64,000 nucleotides of DNA from Paraspadella gotoi (lineage: Eukaryota; Animalia; Chaetognatha), in contig CM119265.1 in assembly GCA_051294375.1 (NCBI GenBank), forward strand, positions 14,396,414 through 14,460,413, read 5' to 3'. Within the stretch, counting starts at the first letter, position 1, and every line of letters begins with the position of its first letter. A model generated the notes under the pieces. The model was not told the origin of the DNA, did not search any database, and saw nothing but the letters and a program-made list of their open reading frames with translations. A program made the translations under genes and the position numbers. Shown piece after piece: positions 12,546-24,383 of the stretch.

Positions 12546-15500
12546 ATGAACGACGCGAAAGATCTCTTTAGATGGAAACGCCGCTCGGAGCCACTAGTGC
12601 ATGGATCCGATGCCCGGACAAACAAAGGATCACGGACGGTGGAAGGTGTCGACATCAAAATTGGAGCCCACGATGAAGTGGAGAAATGGTTACAGCGGGT
12701 GGAAGCAGCCACGGAGGTCGCGGCTTTGAGAACCTTCGACGACTCGGTAGGAAAAAAAAACATTTTCTTTTACTTTTATGTAGATATCTATGCTTTGTTA
12801 ACATCTTTGCCAGACTATAATTGGATCTACGTTGCCCCCAACCCGCCTTCACCGACGTCTCGACAACAACGTCCGGTTTCACGAAGCCAAAACCGACGCA
12901 GACTTTGCCGAAGCGCAGGATCTCCTTGACGAATGGATGACGAAAAACTTCATTCATCAGATCCTAGGCGAGGATGGGGACGGCGACGACTTGGTGGTTA
13001 CGAACGAGTTGCGTTTCGACCGGTGAGCTGCCTCTGCCTCTAATCCTAAATTAGGACTTCTAAGCATCCCATGTGTACATACTAGTCGTGTTGGCTTCAG
13101 ATCACCTTCGCCGACTTCGCCTGGATTGGCGTCGACGGTCGCTCGTACTGTCAGCTCGAACGTTCTCCTCGAAAACCTCTACGATGATATCGATGCCGTC
13201 GACGAGGACGACGTCGTTCAGGTTTTCTTTCGTAGAAAAAAAATATTATCTAACCATTTAANNNNNNNNNNAATCGTTGTTCCCATCAGAACATCATGGA
13301 AAATCTACTTGAAGCCCCTATCGAAGAGAACGCTGCCAAAGTGACAAAGAAGACATTAAAACCAAAGATTCGATTCGATGCAGAAACACTGGAACCGAAG
13401 AAATTAGAGACGAGGAAAACTGGGGGGAAAAGCGCCATGGCCAGGATGCTAGAGGCGGAGGACAAAGGAGTCGACATGCAAAAACGCATCGTGGATAGGC
13501 ATGAACAGGTTCAGTTGCGAGTATTTTAATGCGAACAAAGAAAAAAAATACTTAATAATTTTTTTTTGATCCCCACAGGTTCGTCAGAATCGCCTTCTGC
13601 GTGATCGTATGATCCGCGAGGAGCGCGAGAAGCGGCGACAGGTGCGTGAGTTGCGTCGTGAGGCCGAAGATATGGTCGCGCGTGAGGCGAAGGAGGCAGA
13701 AACGAAACGACTCGTCGAGGAAGAGAAGATCGAGATGGAGATGACGAGGATCAAGAAAGAAATGGAGGAGCGGAGGGCTGCCGAGGAAGAACAGAGGAGG
13801 AAGAAAGTAGAAGAGGAAATAAAAAAGGCATCGGAGGAGGAGGAAAAGAAGAATCGAGATATGCAGATGCGTGAAGAGATAAAGCTCGAACAAGTGCGTC
13901 GAGTTCGTTTGTATAAATATTTTCAAAACTGAAAAGCTTGTGGCGAATCCTAAATTTGGCCTCCCGTCTAGCTTGGTGAAATTCAGCTCGTCCCATTGGC
14001 TTGGAGAGCTTAGTACTCATTCACCAATCGTGAGTTCCGGGTTTAAACTGGTTAAACTGGTCCAAAGCCCTGAGCGCAAGTTGTCGGGAGACGCCTCACA
14101 CCCCGGGCATCACACATGTCTCCCCGTTGCCATAAGCTCTCCTTTATGGGTTGTCAATTTTGATATTTTAGTATCTATTTGTATCTCTTTCCCAAGGCCG
14201 CCCGTGATCGTGAGCGTAATCTAAAGCTCCAAAAACTCGACATCCGTGTGCGAAACTCGCACCTTCGATCTCTGCGAACCCACTTCACCGCTTGGCGAAC
14301 TTTAATCCTTGATCAACGCCTCCAAATGGGCCAAGCTCGTGCTATCGCTGATTGGCGTCTTCTGATGAAATCTTGGTTTGTTTGGAACGGGAAATACAAG
14401 TGAGTCTGAAGAGTGGTGTGTAACATAAAAACATTCACCATAACACCTTCATTTATCCAATGTTTCTCCATTTTTAATTTGAAGAACTTTATGGGCCTCG
14501 CAAGAAGGTCAGAAGCACCTAGAAAGCCTGCGGGAAGGCCAGAGAAAACTGCAGAAAGCAGAAACTTTCTACAAAAGGCGCCTTCTATCTAAATGTTTGG
14601 GAATTTGGAGCGTTTGGGTGCGCCATCAACAAATGGATCGCGAGTTCCAACGAGAGAAAGAAGAAACGCAAAAGAAAATGGAGGCTTTTTTAAAAGCATG
14701 CGCTTTCGGTCCCGAAGTTGATGGCGACGACACTGGATTAAAAGAGATCGTCGATACAAAGAACTTTGAAGCCAATCTGGACGGAATTGTCAAGACGGCA
14801 AAGAAGTCGCAATCTGCCAAAATAAAATCGTTGCAACCATGGCAGCTGAACAAAGAGCACGTCTATGAGGGTATTGATCTGGAAAAGGAAGCGGCTGCTA
14901 AGAAACCTATTGTAAAATCCAAATCGACTTTCGTTGTTGACGCTTATCAGCATCGTCACGCGGCTCAAGAAAAAATGTTAAAGGCCCAGCAAGAGATGAT
15001 AAAGGAACAACAGAGAATGCTGGAAGAAATGAAGCTGCTACAGTCTCAACAAAAGTCGCGTGACGTTCACTTCGACGATAAAGTGGATCAAACCAATTCG
15101 ACACCCAAATCGCCAGCAACCGTGGAAGCGAAAATTGATCACGTAATCCTTCCTGCCAAAAACTCTCAGGCGTCCAATTGGACAAAGCACAACAAATTTA
15201 TCAAAGACATGGAGGAAAGAGCCCGACAAAGGGCCGAGCGAAAGGCGGAGCTTGAAAGACTCAAGGAGCTTAGGCAAAAGGAGAAGATCGAAGCGCAACG
15301 TCGTCAGGAAGAGGAAGAGAGGTCGAAAGAGGAAGAAGAGAAGCGAAAGAAAATGGAAGAGGCGAGGGAAAAGCGACGCGCCGAGAGGGAGCGCGAGGAG
15401 GAGAAGCGCAAAAAAGCGGAAGAAGCGAAACTGATTGCTGAAACGGCTGTGGAACACGACAGACTGCGCCTGATGAAGTGGAGGGGGATCGTGGCATGGA

Positions 15501-15982
15501 AAAACCTGGTGGCCGGAAGTCGTCTTCGGGAGACCAAAGCTGAGAACTTTTCCAAAATTATGACGCTCAAAAAAGTTATGTCCGCTTGGGCGAACTTGAT
15601 CGAAAGCATAAAACGCGAGAGGGACCTCAAGGCGGAGCTGTGTAGACGGCAGCAACTTCAGCGTCGATGCTTCGCATCTTGGAGGGGTGTCAAAGAGAAC
15701 ACCTTGCGTCTCGAAGTCGCGGCCAGGACGCACTGGGCGCAGAAGTCTATGCTTAAATTGCTGAATTGTTGGTCGGAGTTCGTTCAGGAGGAAAGATTGG
15801 CTCGATGGCAACAGGAAAAGATTGCGCAAGAACATCGCGACAAATTTCTAATTCAGAGAGCGTTCACCGGCTGGAAATTGATTCCGTCCATGGCTAAGAG
15901 AGAAAGGGAACGGGAGAACAGAAAGAACTTGTTAAGAAAAAAGGTGTCGGACTTATTGCCCGATTACCAAGGAATCGATTAA
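12546..15982 (+). CDS. CCDC191: Coiled-coil domain-containing protein 191 (CCDC191-like), multi-exon
   Basis: WLQRVEAATEVA and EAQDLLDEWM match the recalled CCDC191 N-terminus. DMQKRIVDRHEQV, LRTHFTAWRTLILDQR, E/K/R-rich coiled coils and W-spaced helical repeats follow, ending LRKKVSDLLPDY. The last exon is 14485-15982. Confidence 0.8.
13262..13271. other. Assembly gap (10 N) inside a CCDC191 intron
   Basis: Run of N. Confidence 1.
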
Positions 15983-16154
15983 ACCAATTTGTTAATTTCC
16001 GAGACTAGAATGAAATTACTTGATTTGTATTTTAATACTGATATCTGATCTGAATCCGTCCATAAATTTTTACTTTTTTGAAATTTTTTTTTTCAGAGAT
16101 GTTATCCTAAAAACCTTGAGGTATTCGTGAAAGAAATATTATTCCTGAATTACT

Positions 16155-18176
16155 ATGGAAAATTACGTTTTTTCAAAAAAGTTAGGGATAAATTCGAATT
16201 TCATCACTTGCCTAATGCAGCACAAACAAAGTGATGAAGAGCTCGTGTTCAGACGAATCGCCTGTGATTCAAAGAAAGAAGCTTCAGAGGTGCTCGAATA
16301 TTCCTCTCGACTCGCGAGTTTAAAACATCAAGCCCTCTCTCGTTATCAAGAAGGCATTGTCGAAATTTCCGAAAGTAATTCTGAGGAATACTTTGCTATC
16401 GTTGTAGAAGAGTGTCATCCTTTCGGCAGTCTGCGGTCGATTGTGCGGAAGCGTGGGAAGCAGGGAAAGAGCCTTGAGGAAGGGTTGATCAAAAAGTGGC
16501 TGGCGCGAATCGTGGAAGGGCTCGTTTACGCCCACGATCGCGGCATCGCCCACGGAGCCCTCAAACCAAAGAACGTTTTCTTGACCAAAGACCTCGACGT
16601 CATTGTCGGTAACTTTTCGTTACCGCTTCAAAATCTTTCAATGGAATCTGTCGTCCCCGAAGCCTCGGCTAAATTTTCTACCGATTCATGGTTTCTTGGT
16701 TGCCTCCTGCTACAACTGGCTACATGTCATTTGGTGGAGGAGACACAAATAGCGACTTATTTAACGAGGTTAAAAAAGGAACCTGGAGTTCTGGAGAACC
16801 TGCTGCAACGAATAATGATCGACCCTGACGCCGATGAGGACGACAGCGACACTGGAAAATATTCTATTGAGTTTTGCTCTTTGGTCCGTACCTTGCTCCT
16901 TCGTAACAGCGAGCACAGACCACATGCCTCCGATCTGCAGATGTTTGCTTATGTTCAGGAGTGCCTTGAAATAATTGGCTCCTCACTAGTGGCTGAAAAA
17001 TATCGTCCTTCCGAGGATGCTGTTCAGAAAGTCAAACAAATTGATTGGTCACCGCAGGAAATATTTTCCTACTTGAAGAGTGACAAAATCGATTCGAATA
17101 ACGTCTTTCACGCTCTGGGCGGTCTCAAACGTCATATCGAAGTTGACGGAATACTATCCTTGGGATCAGATGCCAGTGGCAATTTAGAAAAGATATTCAC
17201 GAGATTCTGGGGGCAAAGTTTCGAGATAGCTGCTGAGTGCTGCTTCGTTATTTTGGAAATTTTGTCAGAAGATCTTGATATTTCTTTTGGCTCAGACGAT
17301 TTTCTTCAGGATTTGCCTAAAGCTATGAGGACCTACATCGCCGACTGGCGATTCCAAGTGTCTGCTATCCGCATCTTGACCATTTTGTCTGCGGATGAGG
17401 ACGTTAGCGATAAGATTGGTCGCCACGGTGGCGTCCAGGGGATTCTTGTGGCGTGGCGCACTTTTCCCCACTTGATCGATATGGCAGCTGCTTGCTGCAG
17501 CGCATTCTCGTGCCTGTCTATCGGTTCCAACAACGCTGCCATTGTTTCTGGAGAAAGAGTCATCTACGACGTGATCTTTGCCCTTCGCACTCACGGTCAC
17601 TTGGAGGCAGAGCTTAGAGCGGATGAAGAATCGGAGAAACAGGTCTGGTCTTTGGTGGAACGCGCCTGCGCTGCCCTACTCTCATTGTCGTCAGATCAGG
17701 AGAACCTCGAGTACATGATCGAGCAATCGCTGATGGACATCTTCATCGACGTCCTTCTTCGCTACGGTCACGTCCAGCGCGTTGTTAAGAGTGCAGCGCT
17801 GGCGATGGCGTTCCTAGCGGAATACCACCCCGACTCGGCCCTCAAGTTTTGCCATGAGTCGGGCATACCCGTCGTACTAGTCGTGCGCGCCTACGACAAT
17901 TTCAATCAGGATCCCGAAATCGTGGAGAATGTTTGCACTCTTGTGCAGGAGCTGGCCGAACACCGGGCGGTTCGAGCCACCTTGTTGAAACACCCCGTTC
18001 TCAGGATTCTCAAAGAAGTCGTGATGCGTTTCGAGGACGATGTCGTAATTGTAGCTTCTGCCCGCCGTTCCATCGAGTTGCTTCTCAACGAAAGCGAGAC
18101 GCCAGAAAATGTTCGTTCCAAAACTGCCAAAAAGGCCAGAATAAGAAGACAGAGTTTACACACCCTAAAAAACTAA
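16155..18176 (+). CDS. STKLD1: Intronless pseudokinase with C-terminal ARM-like repeats (STKLD1/SgK071-like), 673 aa
   Basis: Single ORF starting MENY. The kinase fold is degenerate: HGALKPKN replaces HRDLKxxN and GNFS replaces DFG. ARM-like helices follow (GGVQGILVAWRTF, ERACAALLSLS, DPEIVENVCTLV). Confidence 0.8.
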   Translation: MENYVFSKKLGINSNFITCLMQHKQSDEELVFRRIACDSKKEASEVLEYSSRLASLKHQALSRYQEGIVEISESNSEEYFAIVVEECHPFGSLRSIVRKRGKQGKSLEEGLIKKWLARIVEGLVYAHDRGIAHGALKPKNVFLTKDLDVIVGNFSLPLQNLSMESVVPEASAKFSTDSWFLGCLLLQLATCHLVEETQIATYLTRLKKEPGVLENLLQRIMIDPDADEDDSDTGKYSIEFCSLVRTLLLRNSEHRPHASDLQMFAYVQECLEIIGSSLVAEKYRPSEDAVQKVKQIDWSPQEIFSYLKSDKIDSNNVFHALGGLKRHIEVDGILSLGSDASGNLEKIFTRFWGQSFEIAAECCFVILEILSEDLDISFGSDDFLQDLPKAMRTYIADWRFQVSAIRILTILSADEDVSDKIGRHGGVQGILVAWRTFPHLIDMAAACCSAFSCLSIGSNNAAIVSGERVIYDVIFALRTHGHLEAELRADEESEKQVWSLVERACAALLSLSSDQENLEYMIEQSLMDIFIDVLLRYGHVQRVVKSAALAMAFLAEYHPDSALKFCHESGIPVVLVVRAYDNFNQDPEIVENVCTLVQELAEHRAVRATLLKHPVLRILKEVVMRFEDDVVIVASARRSIELLLNESETPENVRSKTAKKARIRRQSLHTLKN

Positions 18177-18375
18177 ATGAATGTGCCAAATCCGAGGAGT
18201 TCTTATGTCGGAAACTTTCCGACATCATTTCCCTTTTGTTTTATATATATATTTTTATATTTATATATACATATTTTTGTTTCACTATTTTATAAAGGTT
18301 TTATTATTTAATCTATACTCTATAGTATTTAATTATATGAAATTGGTACAACCAATATATTTTTTTTAAACATTT

Positions 18376-18612
18376 TGTGGAAGACGATGCCGCGAGCAGT
18401 TTACCGTCCGTTGCACACAAGGTCCCGAACTTAGGATCGGGCTGTAGTCCGACACTACAGGTGGGTTAGACGCCCCGTCCCGCTTTTACTTGTGTGAATC
18501 AGCAGGGCGCGAACCCGAGTCCTTTGGGTTGGGAGGAGCTCGTGCTACCTCCGGCGCCATAGGTGCTGCTGATTCTCGGACGAGTAGCAGGTTATGAAAT
18601 ACTACCGCAACA
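18376..18612 (-). mobile_element. Solo LTR of a second tRNA-bearing TRIM family
   Basis: The minus strand begins TGTTGC and ends TTCCACA, with a perfect 4-bp TSD ATTT (18372-18375 / 18613-18616). Internal A box TGGCGCCGGAGG, CTCCCAA loop and B box GGTTCGCGCC. Confidence 0.8.
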
Positions 18613-18664
18613 ATTTTTACTTATCATTATATGAAATTGGTACAACCAATATAAAAATTATCCA

Positions 18665-19170
18665 TTCATTTAATAAATAAGCTATCTTGCCCCTGACTTT
18701 GGACAGGCTTTGGTGGTTTAAGGCCTCCATCACTCTTACAAGATAATGACATAGCAGGTCCCTGCAAGGTTTCAATCAAGACTCTCTCACAGTCTCGTTT
18801 ATTCACTCCCAGAGTACCTGGCTTCCCTATCAATGAAGTGGTATAATATTTCAAATATCTAATAATTCATTTTGGGAGGGGGAGGTCAGTATTGTCTTCT
18901 GGAAATAGAGGGAGTATCTATACAACACAAGGTTAGACTACAATCTGTCCTAATTTTATAAGACAAAGATATCATACATCATTCCTGTTAGAAAGTCATT
19001 AATGAGAAATCATAATATCTAAGAGGCTGAACAGAAAGGTGGCCCCCTCAAAAAATTATCCATTCCCAAAGTTATTTATGATTTTTATACCATTGGGGAT
19101 AAAACTACCAAGTATGTTCTGATAGGGATACATAAGGTTTATAGGGGCACCTTATTATCATGAACATGAT
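18665..19170. repeat. Unclassified degenerate interspersed repeat
   Basis: 18670-18810 is similar to 32712-32860, and 18866-18945 is similar to 31035-31112. No intact ORF. Confidence 0.6.
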
Positions 19171-19939
19171 TTTAAAATAAAAATTACATTTTTTTATTAT
19201 CCTACTTTTTAATTATTTCTTTTTTTTAATATTTTTATTTTTGTATCTTTTATGTTTATACAATAGGAAGTTCATCAGTTGGCAACCTATACCCTTCATG
19301 GATTTCGGCTTTTTCATCCCAATATCCAGGCAAAGGCGAGCTATCACCGAATGGTGATCCCTCATTGTTATTTGTTGTATAATTTTAAGAATTTAATATG
19401 GAGAAATTAATTTTGAGAAGTTAACTTTAATGTTTTAATGTTTATATGCTAAATATGTTGTCTCGTCTTTTTGTGATAGATTTTTAAACGTTATTCGGAT
19501 TCTTCGTTCTTCGACGCTTTTTAGTTGCGCCGCGAGTACTTTTCGGTCGGTCGGTATGTCTGTCCGTCGGTCTGTCCGACTTACATTAAAATGTATATAA
19601 TTTGCTTCTTTTGTTCAGACAGAAAAAAAACTCAAATCTAGGGGACTGTTTGCGCCGTCTTCAGGAAATCCTAAAACTAAAAAGAAATAAAAGACGGAAT
19701 TTTGATGCAGTGCATGTCATAAATATACGGGCTAAGAAAGTTATTGTAGTCATGTTATATCACGTCATATTATGTCCGTCATGTCATGTCATGTCATGTC
19801 ACGAAAAATACACGTGATAAGGCAGTCACTGCGACGCAACTCATTTGAATTACCGTTCTTGTTATTACAAATATTTTGTGTTAATTCTTTCTTTTCGTTG
19901 CGTTTGAGTTTAGATGAAAAAAAGAATTTCTTTGATCAA

Positions 19940-20050
19940 CAACGATGGTTTATTAAAAATGTACATGTTTTGACTTTTCACTGCAAGTCTTTACAATTTG
20001 AAAAGCGCTGATGAAGACTTGCAGTGAAAATTCGAAACATGTACATTGTA
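19940..20050 (+). ncRNA. Degenerate minimal hammerhead motif within a palindrome (Penelope-type)
   Basis: CTGATGAAGAC...TTCGAAACATGTA from 20008, mirrored by an inverted copy at 19958-19992. Confidence 0.5.
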
Positions 20051-20486
20051 CAAATATTTATATTTACGTATTTAAGACTTGGGCCCATTGGGTTTTAATT
20101 CGTCCCTCGAACTACGTATTGTCTTTTGACATAATTCTCGTCTAATTTGGATTAGGATATTTAAAATGAAAAAAAGCGGTGCTATCAGTCTTACTGTTTA
20201 ACATATGATCTCATATTTTTATGTACCACTAATTCTTTTATTTATAAGCTTATACTTTAAAGTCATGTATTTATTTGGGATGACTTTAATTTTTATTTGT
20301 TAGTATTTTTAGAAGTGTCTTAAATGTTTTATTAAGGTTTTTTTGACACTATGAACAATGAACATCCGACATGTTTTTTTTCGCGATACAAATTCAAACT
20401 CGCACTGAAATTTGTCCTCGATGATGAGGATCGTCAAATACTGCTATCTATTTTCCCTTAAAAAACTTTCATCTCCCTTGGGCATA

Positions 20487-23400
20487 ATGGCGACTGCGGG
20501 AGCTCCTGTAACCACTCCCCCATCGCGAAAGCGAAGGTCTGGTCTCCCAGGAATGGAAAGTGGGAGCGGAGGAGAAGTGGCGGACCCTGAGGATGCAGTC
20601 TCCGTGGACGTCAAATCTTCTCAGAAGTCCGATCGTCTCACAGACTTGGAATGCTCCGAGTCAGATTTTTATTCCGACGTTGACGAACTGAACTTTCGAC
20701 GTCTCCCGCGCGCCCCGCTGCTGCCAAAACCCGCACCACCAGACTGTTTCTTTCGAGTCTGCGTCGTCGGAGACGTTGACGTTGGCAAAACGACGCTCCT
20801 TCTCACCCTTTGCGGCGAGGAACGGGACGAGGGTGAGCGGGCGCCGAAGGCGGGTATCCCTTACAGGTTTGATTATCAAAATTACTACCGTTTTAACTAA
20901 ATTTCCGTAACTAATAACTAATCTATCATATCTTTGCCTCCCAGGGAGGAATATATTTTCTCCAATTCAAGAAAAATGACCGCGAGGCTGCGCATCGACG
21001 ACACTGCTGGTCAAGAGCGATACAAATCCCTTACCAACGCTTTTTACCGTGACTGTCATGGCTGCCTCGTCCTGTTTGACCTAACCCGGGAGGAAACTTT
21101 TAACCATGTCCCCGATTGGGTGAAGGTAGGACGGAAGATAAGTACAAGAAAAAGAGAGTAGGAAAGAAAAAGAAAATAGGCTGTAAAAAAAGAAGAAAAA
21201 AAAACATTATACAATAGGGTGGAGTGATGAAAAGATTGATGATGAACATTATTTTTTTGCTGCCTATAGAAATATAATTAATGAATTTTAAATCCTTTTA
21301 AAATTTTTTTTAGCATAACAGTATATGCAAATTCAATTATTTATGTAGTAATATCCTTATAAAATCGTCAAATTTCAAAATAATTTTTTTTATTTTTAAG
21401 AACTGATTTGATTCGCTGTAAAAAACTAAGAAACTTTTATAAAATATGTTATATGATATTTTAATGTTTAGATCACAAAAAATGATTAAAACGTTTAAAC
21501 ATATATAAGTTTCTACTACAGAGAATAAAAAAGTCAGGAATTTTCATTTTTTTCTTATTTTAAACATTGAAGATGACAGAATTTTGATAACATGTTTATA
21601 TTTTTGATTCAACTTTTTATGAAGAATCTGAATCTTTATTAAAAGTTTTATAAAAAATTATTTTTTAAATTTACTATTTTATAAGGATATTACTACAAAA
21701 TATATTATATTTTACTATTCTGTTCCCGAGATAATATGAACAAAATATTTTTTGTACTAGTTAATCATACTATCTCACATCTATCATACTATCATTACTT
21801 CATACTATCTATCATTGTTCGATCATTCAAATAAATTTTTTTTTCTTGAATGCTCCACTCTATTATACAAGTCCTGCATAGACAATTCGTATTTCAATAT
21901 CCGTTCCTTTCTTTGCAGGACATTCAGATGTACGCGCCTGCCGTGGTTTCAGTAGTGTTGGTGGGCGCCAAGTTTACCGACGACGTCGTCCGACGTTCGA
22001 TCTCTGCCGACGAAGCGACGCATTTGGCCGACAAGTACGATTTCCCCTACGAGGAAGTCAATGTTTTCCGACACGATCGAGTCAAAGGCGTTGTGGAAGT
22101 TCTCGTCGACCAAATGATAGGGAAAATAGAGACGCGGAGGTGATTCGGACAACGATCCTATTTTTATTTAGAACAAAGAATTGTATTCTAAAGTTTACAA
22201 ACAACGATTTTTATTTTTCAAAAACGTACGTTTTGACTTTTTTTTTGAGCCTTCATCAGGGCTTTTTTTTCTGAAAGAAAACAGAGCAAACAAATAATTG
22301 CGGGAATGGTTGCAAAAAGTTCCTATGTTAACAATAAAGGGCTTTTATCATTTGTGAACATTTATGGATAAATGAGAGAGAGAGAGATATGATGATGATA
22401 ATGATGATGATGATAAAATGTTGCGAAAAACGCTCGGGATTAGGAGAAACAGCCTTTATGGCGATCCTTCTTTGCGTGCCCTCCGAGGGATCTTACTGCC
22501 AAAAAAAAACTGTTTGTTCGCGCCCCCGGTGGTGTCGGAAAGAGAGAGAGAAAGAAAGAAAACAGAGTTCAAAGTTTTCAACAAAGAATTTAGAAAGGAC
22601 AGTGGTTACTGGTTAGTGGTGATGGCAGTTTTAGATAAGGCCAGATTGAGTAAGTTGTAAAAAGAAGTGAAATTTGGACAAAGAGAGAGAGAAAAAGAGA
22701 GAGAGAGGGAGACAGAGAGAAAGAGAGACATTTCATAAACAATTACATTTGAGCAATGTACAACAAAGATAGAATTGAAAATAATAATTTTGAAATTAAT
22801 TGATTAAAAACCATTTTATTTTAAAAATTGTTATAGGTCAAGTTTTTCAATTTTATCTTTGTTGTACATTGCTCAAATGAAATTGTTTATGAAATGTCTC
22901 TCTGTCTCCCTCTCTTTTTCTTTCTCTCTCTTTGACCAAATTTCACTTCTTTTCACAACTTACTCAACCTGGTCCTATCTAAAACTGTTCTCACCACTCA
23001 CCACTTCTTTCTCAATTCTTTGTTGGAAATTTTGAACTCTGGTTTTTCCCTCTCTTTCTCTTTATCGCATTTATCCATAAAGTTTCACAAATATTAAAAT
23101 AAATATAATAAATATCATTACATAAAGGCTCGAAAAAAGAGTCGAATCATGCTCGTTTTTGAAAAATAAAAATCGTTGTTTGTAAACTTTACAATAAAAT
23201 TCTTTACACTAAACAACGAAAAATTATTATACCATGAATACCATTGTATTTATAGAAAATCGGAAGCGTTCTCGTCCGAGCGATTGTTCAGTCCAGACCC
23301 AAAGCGTCATCGATCATCGACTCTGACACAAGCGTCTTTGGCTGCCCAGTCGCTCGCCCGTGCCAACTGGCGCCAGGCTTATCCCTCGCCGGCCAACAGA

Positions 23401-23487
23401 ACTCAAAAGGTCAACCTCGTCTCTAACGAAACAGGGACAGAATCGAAGAAGACGTCTGTCTCCAAGTCTGCCTCTTTCTGTTGTTAA
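20487..23487 (+). CDS. Atypical Rab-family small GTPase with an N-terminal extension; exons 20487-20866, 20945-21126, 21919-22139, 23256-23487
   Basis: G1 GDVDVGKT, G3 DTAGQERYKSLTNAFYR, GCLVLFDLT and a C-terminal CC prenylation motif (ASFCC*). Splice phases are consistent. Confidence 0.85.
21210..21867. mobile_element. MITE with imperfect TIRs in a Rab intron
   Basis: TACAATAGGGTGGAG ... CTCCACTCTATTATA around an AT-rich interior. Confidence 0.55.
22176..23205. repeat. ~1-kb foldback palindrome with hammerhead-type ends filling Rab intron 3
   Basis: 22176-22262 pairs with ~23120-23205, 22352-22380 with 23064-23090, and 22560-22790 with 22845-23040. The minus-strand core reads CTGATGAAGGCTC...GTCAAAACG (22253-22259 is TCATCAG). 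Confidence 0.8.
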
Positions 23488-23793
23488 TATTTTGTTGTTG
23501 GTATTTTTGATTTTTCGATGAAGCTTAAATGTGGGGACGAATTTTTGCCATTTACTACTAGAGTTCTCCAAAAAATTTTGATATTGTTCTATTTTTTCAT
23601 AATTACTGTGATCTTTTTAAATTTTCTTTTGTTATTAAAGTTTTTCAGTTTCGATGATATATACAATTACATACTTATCTTGTGTGAACTAAATGTTTAG
23701 CGATGACAACAGTCAGTACTGAAGAGGATGTGACTAATAGTTCAAAAAGGAAACATCTCGCAATAGCAGTCGAGGAAAACGGTAAGGAGATTA

Positions 23794-24383
23794 TATAATA
23801 AGGCGGGCCAAAATTGATCACGTTTTATCATTAAGAGTTCTGTAATATAAAATTCTTTTGTCCATCATTTATTTAATCAATATTTACTATTACTTTTTTA
23901 ACTAGTGAAGCGCAGTGTAACATTGAAACATTTAAATATTTATCAATGCATAGGCAATGAAAAAATTTTTTTTGTAAAAAATTTAATTTTTAAGAACGGA
24001 TTCAGATAGCCCATAAAAAGTTGTTTACACAAAGTATAATGCGTTTTTCAATATTTCGATGATAAACTTTATAAAATCATCATCATCATCGTACCATAAT
24101 TTTTAGTTTTTTTAAATTTTAACTAATAAAAAAAAATTTGAAAATCTTGTAGTAATATTTTTTATTTATTTTTTCAAGCTCTACCCGAATCCGTTTTTAA
24201 AAATTCTGATTTTGAAATTTCATGATTTATAATAATACGATAAGCTTTAAATGCTTCTATGTTATTAACTATACATAAAATCTTAAATTTTTTTGTAATT
24301 TCGTTATCCCACAGGGATGCTCTTACGCTATTTATATTACTGAACTCTTACTCTTAGCTTTTACTTTGTTCCGCCTTATTATA
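23794..24383. mobile_element. MITE with TIRs TATAATAAGGCGG / CCGCCTTATTATA
   Basis: 13-bp perfect inverted termini in a TA context. The interior contains motifs shared with other AT-rich MITE fragments. Confidence 0.6.

Noticed and set aside
15038-15835. 265-aa minus-strand ORF and similar long antisense ORFs over mTOR, STKLD1 and the Bcl-like gene
   Set aside because: Shadow frames of biased coding sequence with no recognisable domains.
18666-18854. GIY-YIG or RT remnant in the degenerate repeat
   Set aside because: Only weak motif resemblance on either strand; stops and motif spacing do not support a call.
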